Assembly (NCBI GenBank): GCA_965116875.1
Contig: OZ220733.1
Span: forward strand, 320,001-384,000
Length of the DNA stretch: 64,000 nucleotides
Direction of reading: 5' to 3'
Origin: Candidatus Latescibacterota bacterium
GTDB lineage: Bacteria; Latescibacterota; UBA2968; GCA-2709665
This document shows, in pieces, positions 49,950-60,690 of this stretch. How positions within the stretch are numbered: the first letter of the stretch is position 1; every line of letters starts with the position of its first letter. Below the pieces are notes generated by a model, which ran no database searches, was not told the DNA's origin, and saw only the letters and a program-made list of their open reading frames with translations. Position numbers and translations under genes: made by a program.

Positions 49950-52144
49950 AAGGCGCACTGACACAGTTGCTCAAAGGCCGCTTCCGCATCGCCACCCAGC
50001 TCTATCTGGGAATCGGAGGCGCCGTTGCCATCACCATGGTCGCCAGCCTGGTCGGGTGGCTCTCGTTCGACCTTGTAGGCGATATCCAGAACCGTGTGAA
50101 CGAGGGTAGCGTCCCGGAAATGGCGGCTGCCTTTGGAGTTGCTCAGCAAAGCGGCACCCTGGTGGCCGCGGCGCCCCGTCTGACCTCGGCGGCAACGGTC
50201 GTTGACTTCGACCGCGTCAAGGCGGATATCGCTGAAGAGCGCAAGGCCTTCGAATCACAGTTGGCGGCCCTTATGCAAAGGGACACCAGGAAGGAAGATG
50301 AGGAGCGTTTCAGCAGAATACACGAATTTGCCGCGGCGCTCACGTCAAACATCGAAGCCATCGAGCGTGAGGTCGCCGAGTTGTTCGAGGTCAACGCGCG
50401 CAGCGAAGCGCTTCGCGTGGAACTGTCCGAATTGCGCGCCGAATTGTCCGGCATGCTGATTCCGGCCATCGACGATCAACTTTTCTACGCGATGACCGGC
50501 TACCGAACCATAGGCCAGCCGCCCGCGCCCCGCGAGCGGCATTTTTCGGACGAAGAGTTCGATCGATACCGCCACCTGGCCGACTTGAAAGCCGATGCCA
50601 CCATTGCAACGCAACTCCTGTCGAGTTCATTCAACCTTTCCGATGCACTCCTGCTGGAGCCGCTGCGAGAGCGCTTTGAAGCCGCTGCCGGACGCATCGA
50701 GCGGAGCCTGTCGGCGCTCGGGACGTCGCCCTGGCGGGATCAGATCGCCCCGCACCTGAAACGGCTTTTCGAGCTGGGCCTGGGAAAACAGGGCGGATTC
50801 GATCTGATCGTTCGCGAGTTCGAACTCACTGACCGGCAGCGAAACCTTCTCCAGGACAACCTGAGACTCGAAATCAACCTCGGTGCGGAAGTCGAGCGTC
50901 TCGTCGGCGCCGCACGTGAGCGTACGCGAGAGGCCACTCTGGCCTCCACTCAGGCGATCGGTACAGGTCGCAGCGTTCTGCTGGGATTGAACGTGGTCAG
51001 CATCAGCGGAGCCGTACTCATCGCGTGGCTGTTTGTGGGCCGGGTGTTGCTGCGCCGGCTCGAACGCCTGTCGGACCGGATGCGCGCCATGGCTGATGGC
51101 GACCTGGAAGCGAAGGTGGATATCAGCGGGCACGATGAAGTCGCCGATATGGCTGCGGCCCTGGAAGTATTCCGAAGGCATGCCCTCGAGGTTCAGCGCC
51201 TTAACCTCGTCGAAAAGCTTGCCGAGGAGTTGCGGGAGAAAAACGAACAGCTGGAAGCCGTGCTGGAGGACCTGCGACGGGCGCAGGACCAGATCGTGAT
51301 GCGCGAAAAGCTGGCGGCGCTCGGCGAACTCACGGCCGGGGTCGCCCACGAGATCAAGAATCCGCTGAATTTTGTCAAGAATTTTTCCGAGGTCTCCCAG
51401 GAGCTTCTCGAGGAACTCGGTGAAGAACTCGAGGATCCGCTCAGCGAAGAAGGCGGGGAACTTGACGAAGAAGGGCGCGAGCTTGTCCAGGAAATCTGCC
51501 AGGACCTCAACGACAACCTCGCACGCATCCGGGAACATGGCGAGCGCGCCAACCGGATTGTCCAGGATATGCTCTCGATGGGCCGGGGTTCCGCCGATCG
51601 ACAGGCCACCAACATCAACAATCTGCTCGACGAGCATGCCCGGCTCGCGTACCACAGCGCACGGGCGAGCGACACCGAGTTCCAACTCGACATCCAACAG
51701 GACCTGGATCCGTCTGCCGGCGAAGTCGAGGTGGTACCTCAAGACCTGGGCCGGGTATTTCTGAACATGGTCAGCAATGCCTGCCACGCGACCGACGAAA
51801 AACGACGCGAGCTTGTAGAATCGGGCGGCGACGAGCCGTATATGCCCACACTCTGGCTGAAGACCCGCCGCGGCCCGGAACAGCTCGAAGTGCGTATCAG
51901 GGACAACGGCAAGGGAATCCCGTCCAACGTCGTGGACAAGATTTTCAATCCGTTTTTTACGACCAAGCCGACGGACCAGGGCACAGGGCTGGGGCTTGCC
52001 CTTTCGAACGATATCGTGCGCGAACACGGAGGGAGCATTCGGGTCGAGACCGAACCCGGAGAATTTACCGAAATGGTTGTTGCAATTCCCCTTGAAGTTC
52101 CCGCACTGTTGGCGCAGCCGACGGCCGATGAGGAAGCGACCTGA
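49946..52144 (+). CDS. Membrane sensor histidine kinase (helical TorS-like periplasmic domain, HAMP, HisKA, HATPase)
   Basis: Two TM helices; HAMP DEVADMAAALEVFR; H-box AHEIKNPLNF; N-box NMVSNA; DNGKG, FFTTKP, GTGLGL. The TorS-like call for the sensor domain is tentative. Confidence 0.9.
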   Translation: MKGALTQLLKGRFRIATQLYLGIGGAVAITMVASLVGWLSFDLVGDIQNRVNEGSVPEMAAAFGVAQQSGTLVAAAPRLTSAATVVDFDRVKADIAEERKAFESQLAALMQRDTRKEDEERFSRIHEFAAALTSNIEAIEREVAELFEVNARSEALRVELSELRAELSGMLIPAIDDQLFYAMTGYRTIGQPPAPRERHFSDEEFDRYRHLADLKADATIATQLLSSSFNLSDALLLEPLRERFEAAAGRIERSLSALGTSPWRDQIAPHLKRLFELGLGKQGGFDLIVREFELTDRQRNLLQDNLRLEINLGAEVERLVGAARERTREATLASTQAIGTGRSVLLGLNVVSISGAVLIAWLFVGRVLLRRLERLSDRMRAMADGDLEAKVDISGHDEVADMAAALEVFRRHALEVQRLNLVEKLAEELREKNEQLEAVLEDLRRAQDQIVMREKLAALGELTAGVAHEIKNPLNFVKNFSEVSQELLEELGEELEDPLSEEGGELDEEGRELVQEICQDLNDNLARIREHGERANRIVQDMLSMGRGSADRQATNINNLLDEHARLAYHSARASDTEFQLDIQQDLDPSAGEVEVVPQDLGRVFLNMVSNACHATDEKRRELVESGGDEPYMPTLWLKTRRGPEQLEVRIRDNGKGIPSNVVDKIFNPFFTTKPTDQGTGLGLALSNDIVREHGGSIRVETEPGEFTEMVVAIPLEVPALLAQPTADEEAT

Positions 52145-52217
52145 ATTCACCTGGGGGGATTTACGCTTGCTTTCGATTTTGAACGCTGTTTCAAGGTGGA
52201 GACGAGGCCCGGCGGAA

Positions 52218-53729
52218 ATGACGATCAGCTTTCAGAGTACGGTCCTGCTGGTGTGTGCGGCATGTGTGATCTGTAGCTGCGGAGAGGAGCGCACGGTTGC
52301 TCCCCGGATGCCCCATAAGGCGGAAACGTCTGAACAGCCGCTGGGCAAACTCGCGGTCGACGACAACGCGGCGACGGCTGTTGTGGTGGCAACCCTGCTT
52401 GAAGACGACGCGCCGCTGGGAAGCGTCGCCGTCGCATTCGCTCGTTCCATTTCCGGACGGGCTCCGGTTTTCTCGTGGGCCGACACGACGGATGCGGATG
52501 GTCGAGCGCGCGTGGATATCCACGATGCAGGAGGCTACTATCAAGTCCGCGCGACCCAGGGCGGCACTCACCTTGGTTCGTGGTCGAGCATTCCCGTCAA
52601 CCGGGGGCAACGAGTAACGGTCGACCTGCCGTTAGGAGGAACGGCAAGGGTGACCGACGTGTCTTTTCTCGCGCCGGGGCGCCTTCCGGCGGTGTTTCGG
52701 GTTGGTGTCGTTCTGCCACTTACCGGCGATGGCGGGCCCCTCGGCCAAATTGTAAGAAACGGGATGGAACTCGCGCGAGACGAGGTCAACCGTTATGAAC
52801 TGGGTTCGTCGACGCTTGAATTCATCGTTGAAGACAGTGAGAGCACTCCGGACGAAGCTGCAACATCCTTCGAAAAGCTGATTTCCGAGGACAACGTCAC
52901 GGTTATTCTGGGTCCCGGTTTCTCTTCCTCGGCTGCCGTGGCATTTCCGATTGCCCAGGAAAACCGTGTGGTGGCCTTCAGCCCGACCGCTGCAGCCGCC
53001 GGATTGGGCGCGATCGGCGACTTCGTGTTCAGAGTCCCGGCGCCTGTCAGCCGGATCGCGCAAAGCACGCTTGAAGTTGCAGCAGCGAAACTGGAGTTGA
53101 ACCGGTTTGCCGTCATATACGACAGCACGGACGTTTTTTCACAAAGTGGCTACGAAGAAACCGAAAAAGTGCTTGATGAATTGGGCGTCGAGACGGTAAC
53201 AGTCGAGGCGTTCGCAACCGGACAGACCGATTTTTCCGCCGAGTTGACCCGAATAAAGAGCTTGCAACCCGATGTCATCCTCGTCTGGACCCGACCGTTG
53301 GAGAGGGTCGCGATTCCCGTGCAGGGCCGCCAGCTGGGAATCCCTTACGAGATCCCTTTTCTTGTTTTCGGCTTTGCATCAAGCCAGATCGGACAGGCAG
53401 GCCCTGCTGCGGAAGGCTTGATTACGGGGACGTTCTGGTCCCATACTATCGACACGCCAGAAAACCGGGCGTTTATCGAGAAATACCGCGTCAAATTCGG
53501 TGACGAACCCGATCTGTTTGCCGCGGAAGGATATGTATGCGTGCAGGTCCTCGCGGCCGCGCTTGTACGGGCCGGCTCGATACGGTCGGAGCTGGTCAGG
53601 GATGCGCTGGCGACCATCGAATTGCCCACCGTTATCGGGGAATTCGCCTTCGATGAGAATGGCGACCCGACGTATCCGGCCGTCCTGCAGGTGGTCAGGA
53701 ACGGCAGATTCGAAATGCTGGGGAATTGA
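52218..53729 (+). CDS. Lipoprotein: shared N-terminal beta domain + LivJ-like binding domain (paralog of 21838)
   Basis: Lipobox-like CSC; LGKLAV...GSWSSIPVN domain; VGVVLPLTG, EDSES, ILGP, TVIGEFAFDENGD. Confidence 0.85.
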   Translation: MTISFQSTVLLVCAACVICSCGEERTVAPRMPHKAETSEQPLGKLAVDDNAATAVVVATLLEDDAPLGSVAVAFARSISGRAPVFSWADTTDADGRARVDIHDAGGYYQVRATQGGTHLGSWSSIPVNRGQRVTVDLPLGGTARVTDVSFLAPGRLPAVFRVGVVLPLTGDGGPLGQIVRNGMELARDEVNRYELGSSTLEFIVEDSESTPDEAATSFEKLISEDNVTVILGPGFSSSAAVAFPIAQENRVVAFSPTAAAAGLGAIGDFVFRVPAPVSRIAQSTLEVAAAKLELNRFAVIYDSTDVFSQSGYEETEKVLDELGVETVTVEAFATGQTDFSAELTRIKSLQPDVILVWTRPLERVAIPVQGRQLGIPYEIPFLVFGFASSQIGQAGPAAEGLITGTFWSHTIDTPENRAFIEKYRVKFGDEPDLFAAEGYVCVQVLAAALVRAGSIRSELVRDALATIELPTVIGEFAFDENGDPTYPAVLQVVRNGRFEMLGN

Positions 53730-53819
53730 TCGCCCGCCCAGGCATCGCCGAGACGGACTGAATTTCCCGTCGGTACCGGCATCTTAACCTCAACACGCCC
53801 ATACATTAAGACTCTCGAC

Positions 53820-55253
53820 ATGGAATTTGAAACCTACCCCCTCGATTCGACTTACTACGACGAGATGTTTCTTCCCGACGGGACACCCAGGGAGCATCTC
53901 CGACCGCTATTCGAAGCGCTGGGCGAACTTTCAAGCGACGAGCTTTCAAGCATCCAGGATCGCGTGACACGTTCGTTTTCGAATGAGGGCATCACCTTTA
54001 CCGTTTACGGCGATGAGGAGGCCACGGAACGCATTATACCCGTCGACTGCCTGCCGAGAGTCTTGTCCGGCGCCGAGTGGAATCAGCTCGTCAGTGGCCT
54101 TACCCAACGGCTGAGCGCCCTCAACCGGTTTCTCCAGGATATCTACAACGAGGAACGCATTATTGCGGACGGCGTGATCCCGGCGGACATGGTGAAGACC
54201 TGCCCGCAGTACCGGGTGGAAATGCGCGGCGTCTCCCCGCCGCATGGCGCCTGGGTGTCCATCTGCGGGACGGATCTCGTCCGAACCAACGACGGTTTTC
54301 TGGTACTGGAAGACAACCTGCGCGTACCCTCGGGTGTATCGTATATGGTGGCGAACCGAAAGGCGGTGAAGGCAGGTCTGCGGCGCCTGTACAGGCACTC
54401 GCGGGTACAGGAAGTGGAACACTACGGAAGGATGTTGCGCCAAACCCTGGTCGAACTTGCCCCTGGCGGCCGGTCCGATCCGTGCATCGTGCTCCTGACG
54501 CCCGGCGTGTACAATTCGGCTTTTTACGAGCACATGTTTCTGGCTCGTGAGATTGGCGCCGCGCTTGTGGAGGGTCGGGACCTCCTCGTAAATGAGGGGA
54601 TCGTCTATATGCGCACCACCACCGGCCTCCGGCGGGTCGACATCATTTACAGGCGCGTCGACGACGACTTTATCGACCCCCTCGTCTTTCGCGCGGATTC
54701 ACTACTCGGGGTACCGGGTCTGATGCACGCCTACAAACTTGGCAACGTGACCCTCGTGAACGCGCCCGGTACGGGCGTGGCTGACGACAAGAGCGTCTAT
54801 GCCTACGTTCCCGATATCATCCGCTACTACCTTGGCGAGGAGCCCGTACTGGCCAGTGTCAAGACATACCTCTGCCGCAGACCGGAACACCTCGAGTACA
54901 CACTCGACAATCTCGAGAACCTGATTGTAAAACGTGTCGGAGAATCCGGCGGCTACGGCATGCTGGTCGGCCCTCACGCCACGCCGGACGAACGGGAGGA
55001 GTACGCCAGGGAGTTGCGGGCCAACCCGGCTGACTACATTTCGCAACCGGTCCTGCCGCTGTCCCGCGCGCCGTGTCTGATCGACGACCGGTTCGAACCG
55101 CGGCACGTCGACCTGCGCCCGTTTGTGCTGCACGGACAGAAGACCCGGATGGTGCCGGGGGCATTCTGTCGCGTTGCATTGCGCCGAGGCAGCATCGTCG
55201 TCAATTCGAGTCAGGGCGGCGGCGGCAAAGACCTCTGGGTCCTGGAAAACTGA
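53820..55253 (+). CDS. Circularly permuted ATP-grasp type 2 protein
   Basis: YDEM, GITFTVY, VLEDNLRVPSGVSY, TPGVYNSAFYEH, IYRRVDDDFIDP, GTGVADDK, SGGYGM, VDLRPF, VNSSQGGGGKD. Confidence 0.95.
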   Translation: MEFETYPLDSTYYDEMFLPDGTPREHLRPLFEALGELSSDELSSIQDRVTRSFSNEGITFTVYGDEEATERIIPVDCLPRVLSGAEWNQLVSGLTQRLSALNRFLQDIYNEERIIADGVIPADMVKTCPQYRVEMRGVSPPHGAWVSICGTDLVRTNDGFLVLEDNLRVPSGVSYMVANRKAVKAGLRRLYRHSRVQEVEHYGRMLRQTLVELAPGGRSDPCIVLLTPGVYNSAFYEHMFLAREIGAALVEGRDLLVNEGIVYMRTTTGLRRVDIIYRRVDDDFIDPLVFRADSLLGVPGLMHAYKLGNVTLVNAPGTGVADDKSVYAYVPDIIRYYLGEEPVLASVKTYLCRRPEHLEYTLDNLENLIVKRVGESGGYGMLVGPHATPDEREEYARELRANPADYISQPVLPLSRAPCLIDDRFEPRHVDLRPFVLHGQKTRMVPGAFCRVALRRGSIVVNSSQGGGGKDLWVLEN

Positions 55254-55327
55254 GTATTCGCATTCACTGCACCCGTCATGCAATTGACGCATCTCACCGT
55301 TGAAGAACTACCACGAAAGGAGAGGGT

Positions 55328-56713
55328 ATGAAGGGTTCCACGAAATTGCCGTTTCTCAAGCGCGCATGCGGTTCTCGCTTACGGATCGCTCTGCTCTTGC
55401 TTGGATGCCTGCTTTGCGGGACCACGGCCGCGTACGCGGCGGTTGACCAGGAGACGATGTTCGTCTTTAACACCTTCGCGTTTCTGATCTGGGGGGCGCT
55501 GATCATGTGGATGTGCGCCGGATTCACGATGCTCGAGTCCGGTTCGGTGCGCACCAAGAACGCGTCGATGATCTGCATGAAAAACATCGGCCTTTATTCG
55601 ATAGCCGGCCTCGCCTACTACTTCATCGGCTACAATCTGATGTACACGGAAGTCGGGAAGTTCATCGGCTCGTTTACACTTCTCTACGGGCCGTCTGCAG
55701 CGGACATCGCCCTGGTTGGCGGGCAGGAGTCGGCAAAGGCCAAAGTCATCGCGAACAAATATTCCACCATGTCCGACTGGTTCTTCCAGATGGTCTTCGT
55801 GGCGACGGCCGCGTCGATCGTGTCCGGCGCTCTGGCGGAGCGAGTCAGATTGCTGTCCTTCTTTCTGTTCACGTTGCTCCTGACGGCTGTCATCTACCCG
55901 GTAGTTGGCGCATGGACCTGGGGCGGCGGATGGTTGAGCGCAATGGGATTCAAGGACTTCGCAGGTTCGACCATTGTCCACAGCACCGGCGGCTGGGCCG
56001 CGCTTGCCGGGGTCCTGGTCGTCGGCCCGCGATTGGGCAAGTATCGCAGAGACGGCAGCGTGAAGAATACGCCGCCCTCCAATATCGTGGCGGTGACGCT
56101 GGGCGTGTTCATCCTATGGTTTGGCTGGCTCGGCTTCAACGGCGGGTCGCAGCTTGCGCTGGGCAGCGCCGCGGACGCGGTGGCCATGAGCCATGTGCTG
56201 GTCAACACCAATCTTGCGGCGGCAGCCGGAGTGGTGATGGCTCTCATCGTCTCCAGGCCGATCCTGGGAAGAATGGACCTGTTCGCCAGCCTTAACGGAG
56301 CCATTGCCGGGCTGGTGTCGATCACGGCCGGACCCGACATCGTCCAGCACTACTGGGCAGTCGTTATCGGCGCCGTGGGCGCTTTGCTCTGCACCGTCGG
56401 AATCCGGCTGCTGGAGAAGTTGAAAATCGACGACGTCGTCGGCGCGGTGCCCGCGCACCTCTTCGCCGGCGTCTGGGGAACGCTGGCGGTCTGCATCGCC
56501 GCCGGCGGCAATTTCGGCGTTCAGCTGCTGGGCTGCGTCGCGGTTGGCGTCTTTGTATTCTCGATTTCGTGGGTCGTCTGGCGTGTTTTGGCCGCGACCA
56601 TCCAGGTCCGCGTATCCGAAAAAGTCGAGCGGTTGGGTCAGGACGTCGGCGAGCTCGGAATTGAGGCCTATCCCGAGTTTGTGCTGAACCCGGAAGAAGC
56701 AGATGAGGATTGA
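55328..56713 (+). CDS. amtB: Ammonium transporter (Amt family)
   Basis: GFTMLESG, FFQMVF, SGALAER, DFAGSTIVH, WLGFNGGS, DDVVGAVPAH (both conserved His present). Confidence 0.93.
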   Translation: MKGSTKLPFLKRACGSRLRIALLLLGCLLCGTTAAYAAVDQETMFVFNTFAFLIWGALIMWMCAGFTMLESGSVRTKNASMICMKNIGLYSIAGLAYYFIGYNLMYTEVGKFIGSFTLLYGPSAADIALVGGQESAKAKVIANKYSTMSDWFFQMVFVATAASIVSGALAERVRLLSFFLFTLLLTAVIYPVVGAWTWGGGWLSAMGFKDFAGSTIVHSTGGWAALAGVLVVGPRLGKYRRDGSVKNTPPSNIVAVTLGVFILWFGWLGFNGGSQLALGSAADAVAMSHVLVNTNLAAAAGVVMALIVSRPILGRMDLFASLNGAIAGLVSITAGPDIVQHYWAVVIGAVGALLCTVGIRLLEKLKIDDVVGAVPAHLFAGVWGTLAVCIAAGGNFGVQLLGCVAVGVFVFSISWVVWRVLAATIQVRVSEKVERLGQDVGELGIEAYPEFVLNPEEADED

Positions 56714-57696
56714 TGACGACGATCCCCGGTAATCCCAGATTGCTTGCGCGTAGTGCGCAGGGCCTGTATTGGATGGGCCGCTACCTGGAGCGTGCGGAGC
56801 ATCTTTGTCGACTGCTGCGATTCCAGGTGGAAGCGCTGGTGGACCGGCCGATCCGGGAGATTTATTTCGGATGGAGTCGAATCTACATGAGCCTGAATCG
56901 TCGTCCTCCCGGCGGCAGCATCACGATGGTCGGGAACGACGACTTCACGCTGGCCGATTCCTACACGCTGGCCGACGATCTCACGTTCGAGCGCTCGAAT
57001 CCCGATTCCGTCTGGAATTGTTTCTCCTTCGGCCGCGAGAATGCCCGGCAGATGCGCCACTGCATCAGCGGGGAGATGTGGATCTGTATTAACCTTTCGT
57101 ACCTGCGGCTCAGGAACCTGAGCATTCGGGACATCTGGAAGCCGTCACCGGAGAGCTTCTATGCTGAAACGGCAGGCGATATCAACACGTTTGCCGGTGT
57201 GGCGGAAGCGACAATGTACCGCGACGAAGGGTGGCATTTTCTGCGACTCGGAAGGCATATCGAACGCGCCCAATGTTCGGCTTCGTTGTTTTTTTCGCAA
57301 CTTTCCATGGACGAACTTATGGACGAGTCCTCCGACGCGGACTGGACGAACCTCTTGCACGTCTGCCAGGCCTATGACGCTTACGGCCGCAATTACAGCG
57401 TGGACGTCCAGCCGCGTCGAGTTCTCGACCTTCTCGTTACCGACCCTCTGCTTCATGGCTCTTTATGCTACTCGCTCGACGCGGTGGCCTCGGAACTCGA
57501 TGCCATCGGTTCCGGGTCCGATGAGCAATCCAGTGCAGTCGCCTTGCGCATGGCCAGACGCATGTGCGCGTTGATCCATTACGATTGGCCCGATCGTGAA
57601 GACCGCGATGCCCTTCTTGGAGACCTCCTGGAGTACTGCCGGAAACTCCACGATCTTGTCACCGCCTCATATATCGACTACCCCGCCGTTTACTGA
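56710..57696 (+). CDS. Alpha-E domain protein
   Basis: LYWMGRYLERAE, RENAR..R..IS.EMW..IN, LGRHIERA duplicated ER motifs. Confidence 0.92.
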   Translation: MMTTIPGNPRLLARSAQGLYWMGRYLERAEHLCRLLRFQVEALVDRPIREIYFGWSRIYMSLNRRPPGGSITMVGNDDFTLADSYTLADDLTFERSNPDSVWNCFSFGRENARQMRHCISGEMWICINLSYLRLRNLSIRDIWKPSPESFYAETAGDINTFAGVAEATMYRDEGWHFLRLGRHIERAQCSASLFFSQLSMDELMDESSDADWTNLLHVCQAYDAYGRNYSVDVQPRRVLDLLVTDPLLHGSLCYSLDAVASELDAIGSGSDEQSSAVALRMARRMCALIHYDWPDREDRDALLGDLLEYCRKLHDLVTASYIDYPAVY

Positions 57697-57716
57697 CTCC
57701 CGGGTGTGCAGATACC

Positions 57717-58589
57717 TTGGCCGGAGCGATTCATTACGAAATCAGGCACGTCTCGCGTTATGTGTACGCGTTCCCCGCGCGTGAGTGCGTCATGCTGCTT
57801 TGCCTGAAGCCACTCGACAACGCGGGTCAGCAGCTCGTTCGTTTCGAAATCGAAACCCAACCTCCGGGCTCCCTGAGCGCTGAAACAGATCCCTTCGGCA
57901 ACACGCGGCACGTCCTCTGCGTGCACCCGGAACACGAGTCGCTGGAGATTGCGGCTCGTTCCACCGTGAGCCCGGCTTCCTTCACGGCGCTTCCACCCGG
58001 TCTCGGAGCCGATGCCTGGAAGGAGATCGACGCCTGGCGGGACGCTCATCTGCATTGGGACTATTCGCATCCCAGCGCGATGGCGTTTCCGTCATCTGCG
58101 CTCACCGATTTCACCCGAAGAAACGACATTGCGCGCGGGAACGACCCGCTCAGGGATCTGATCCGGCTTGCAGATACGCTGCACAGCGTGTTTCAATATA
58201 CGCCGGGAAGTACATCGGCCGCGTCTCCGATTGAGGAAATTCTGAGATCGGGCCAGGGCGTCTGCCAGGACTACGCCCATGTCATGATCGCGGTCGCCCG
58301 TACCTGGGGGGTTCCGGCACGCTATGTCTCGGGCTATCTCTACGTCTCCGGTGCTCCCGACGGCCGGGCCTGGAGCAATGCCACCCACGCCTGGGTGGAA
58401 TGCCTGCTGCCGGAACTCGGCTGGGTGGGCTTTGATCCAACCAACCGGAGCCCTGCCGACGAACGACACGTCCGGATCGCAACCGGACGCGACTACCTTG
58501 ACGTCTCGCCCACCCGCGGCGTCCGACAGGGCGGCGGCGAGACGCGGCTTGAAGTCGACGTCCATATGCGTCCTCTGGCGGATCCGTGA
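57717..58589 (+). CDS. Transglutaminase-like protein with a bacterial N-terminal domain
   Basis: IRHVSRYVY, DPFGN, GVCQDYAH, ARYVSGYL, THAWVE, GFDPTN, GRDY.DV.P.RG. Confidence 0.93.
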   Translation: MAGAIHYEIRHVSRYVYAFPARECVMLLCLKPLDNAGQQLVRFEIETQPPGSLSAETDPFGNTRHVLCVHPEHESLEIAARSTVSPASFTALPPGLGADAWKEIDAWRDAHLHWDYSHPSAMAFPSSALTDFTRRNDIARGNDPLRDLIRLADTLHSVFQYTPGSTSAASPIEEILRSGQGVCQDYAHVMIAVARTWGVPARYVSGYLYVSGAPDGRAWSNATHAWVECLLPELGWVGFDPTNRSPADERHVRIATGRDYLDVSPTRGVRQGGGETRLEVDVHMRPLADP

Positions 58590-58597
58590 TTCTGCCC

Positions 58598-58626
58598 TTG
58601 ACAGATCCTTTTCTCGCCTTTATCTT
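58598..58626 (+). promoter_or_regulatory. Putative sigma70 promoter for thiC
   Basis: TTGACA-N17-TATCTT directly upstream of the riboswitch. Confidence 0.7.
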
Positions 58627-58638
58627 GTAAGACGAGAT

Positions 58639-58711
58639 CCGCGTGGGGTGCCGTACGGCTGAGATCATACCCTTGGAACCTGATCTGGATTATGCCAGCG
58701 TAGGGAAGCGG
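58639..58711 (+). ncRNA. TPP (THI-box) riboswitch
   Basis: GGGGTGCC...GGCTGAGA...ACCCTT.GAACCTGATCTGGATTATGCCAGCGTAGGGAAG consensus upstream of thiC; a GC-rich hairpin follows at ~58737-58764. Confidence 0.95.
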
Positions 58712-58838
58712 AACAAGAGCCTTGCAAGCTATCAATGGGCCGTTCCCTCCAGGGGGACGGCCCTATGTGTTTGATGTACGACGACTCGCGGTTCCCGCGG
58801 CATTCTCAAGCTGCGGGTAATCCAGAAAAGGAGACTGA

Positions 58839-60539
<1,701 letters not shown>

Positions 60540-60690
60540 CTTCGCCGGCGATTAACCACAATTCGCAAAAGACAAATTGGCCACAAAAAGCCTGAATGTG
60601 GGTAGAGGGTAGACGGTAGAAGAAACCCTTGCCCGATACTTTATTCCTCCTTGCCTCCGGCGGGAGAAGAGACTCCAGAAGGCAGGCAGG

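Noticed and set aside
55265-55285. NtrC-like box TGCACCCGTCATGCA before amt
   Set aside because: The spacing is 2 nt shorter than the 17-bp NtrC dyad, and no sigma54 promoter follows.
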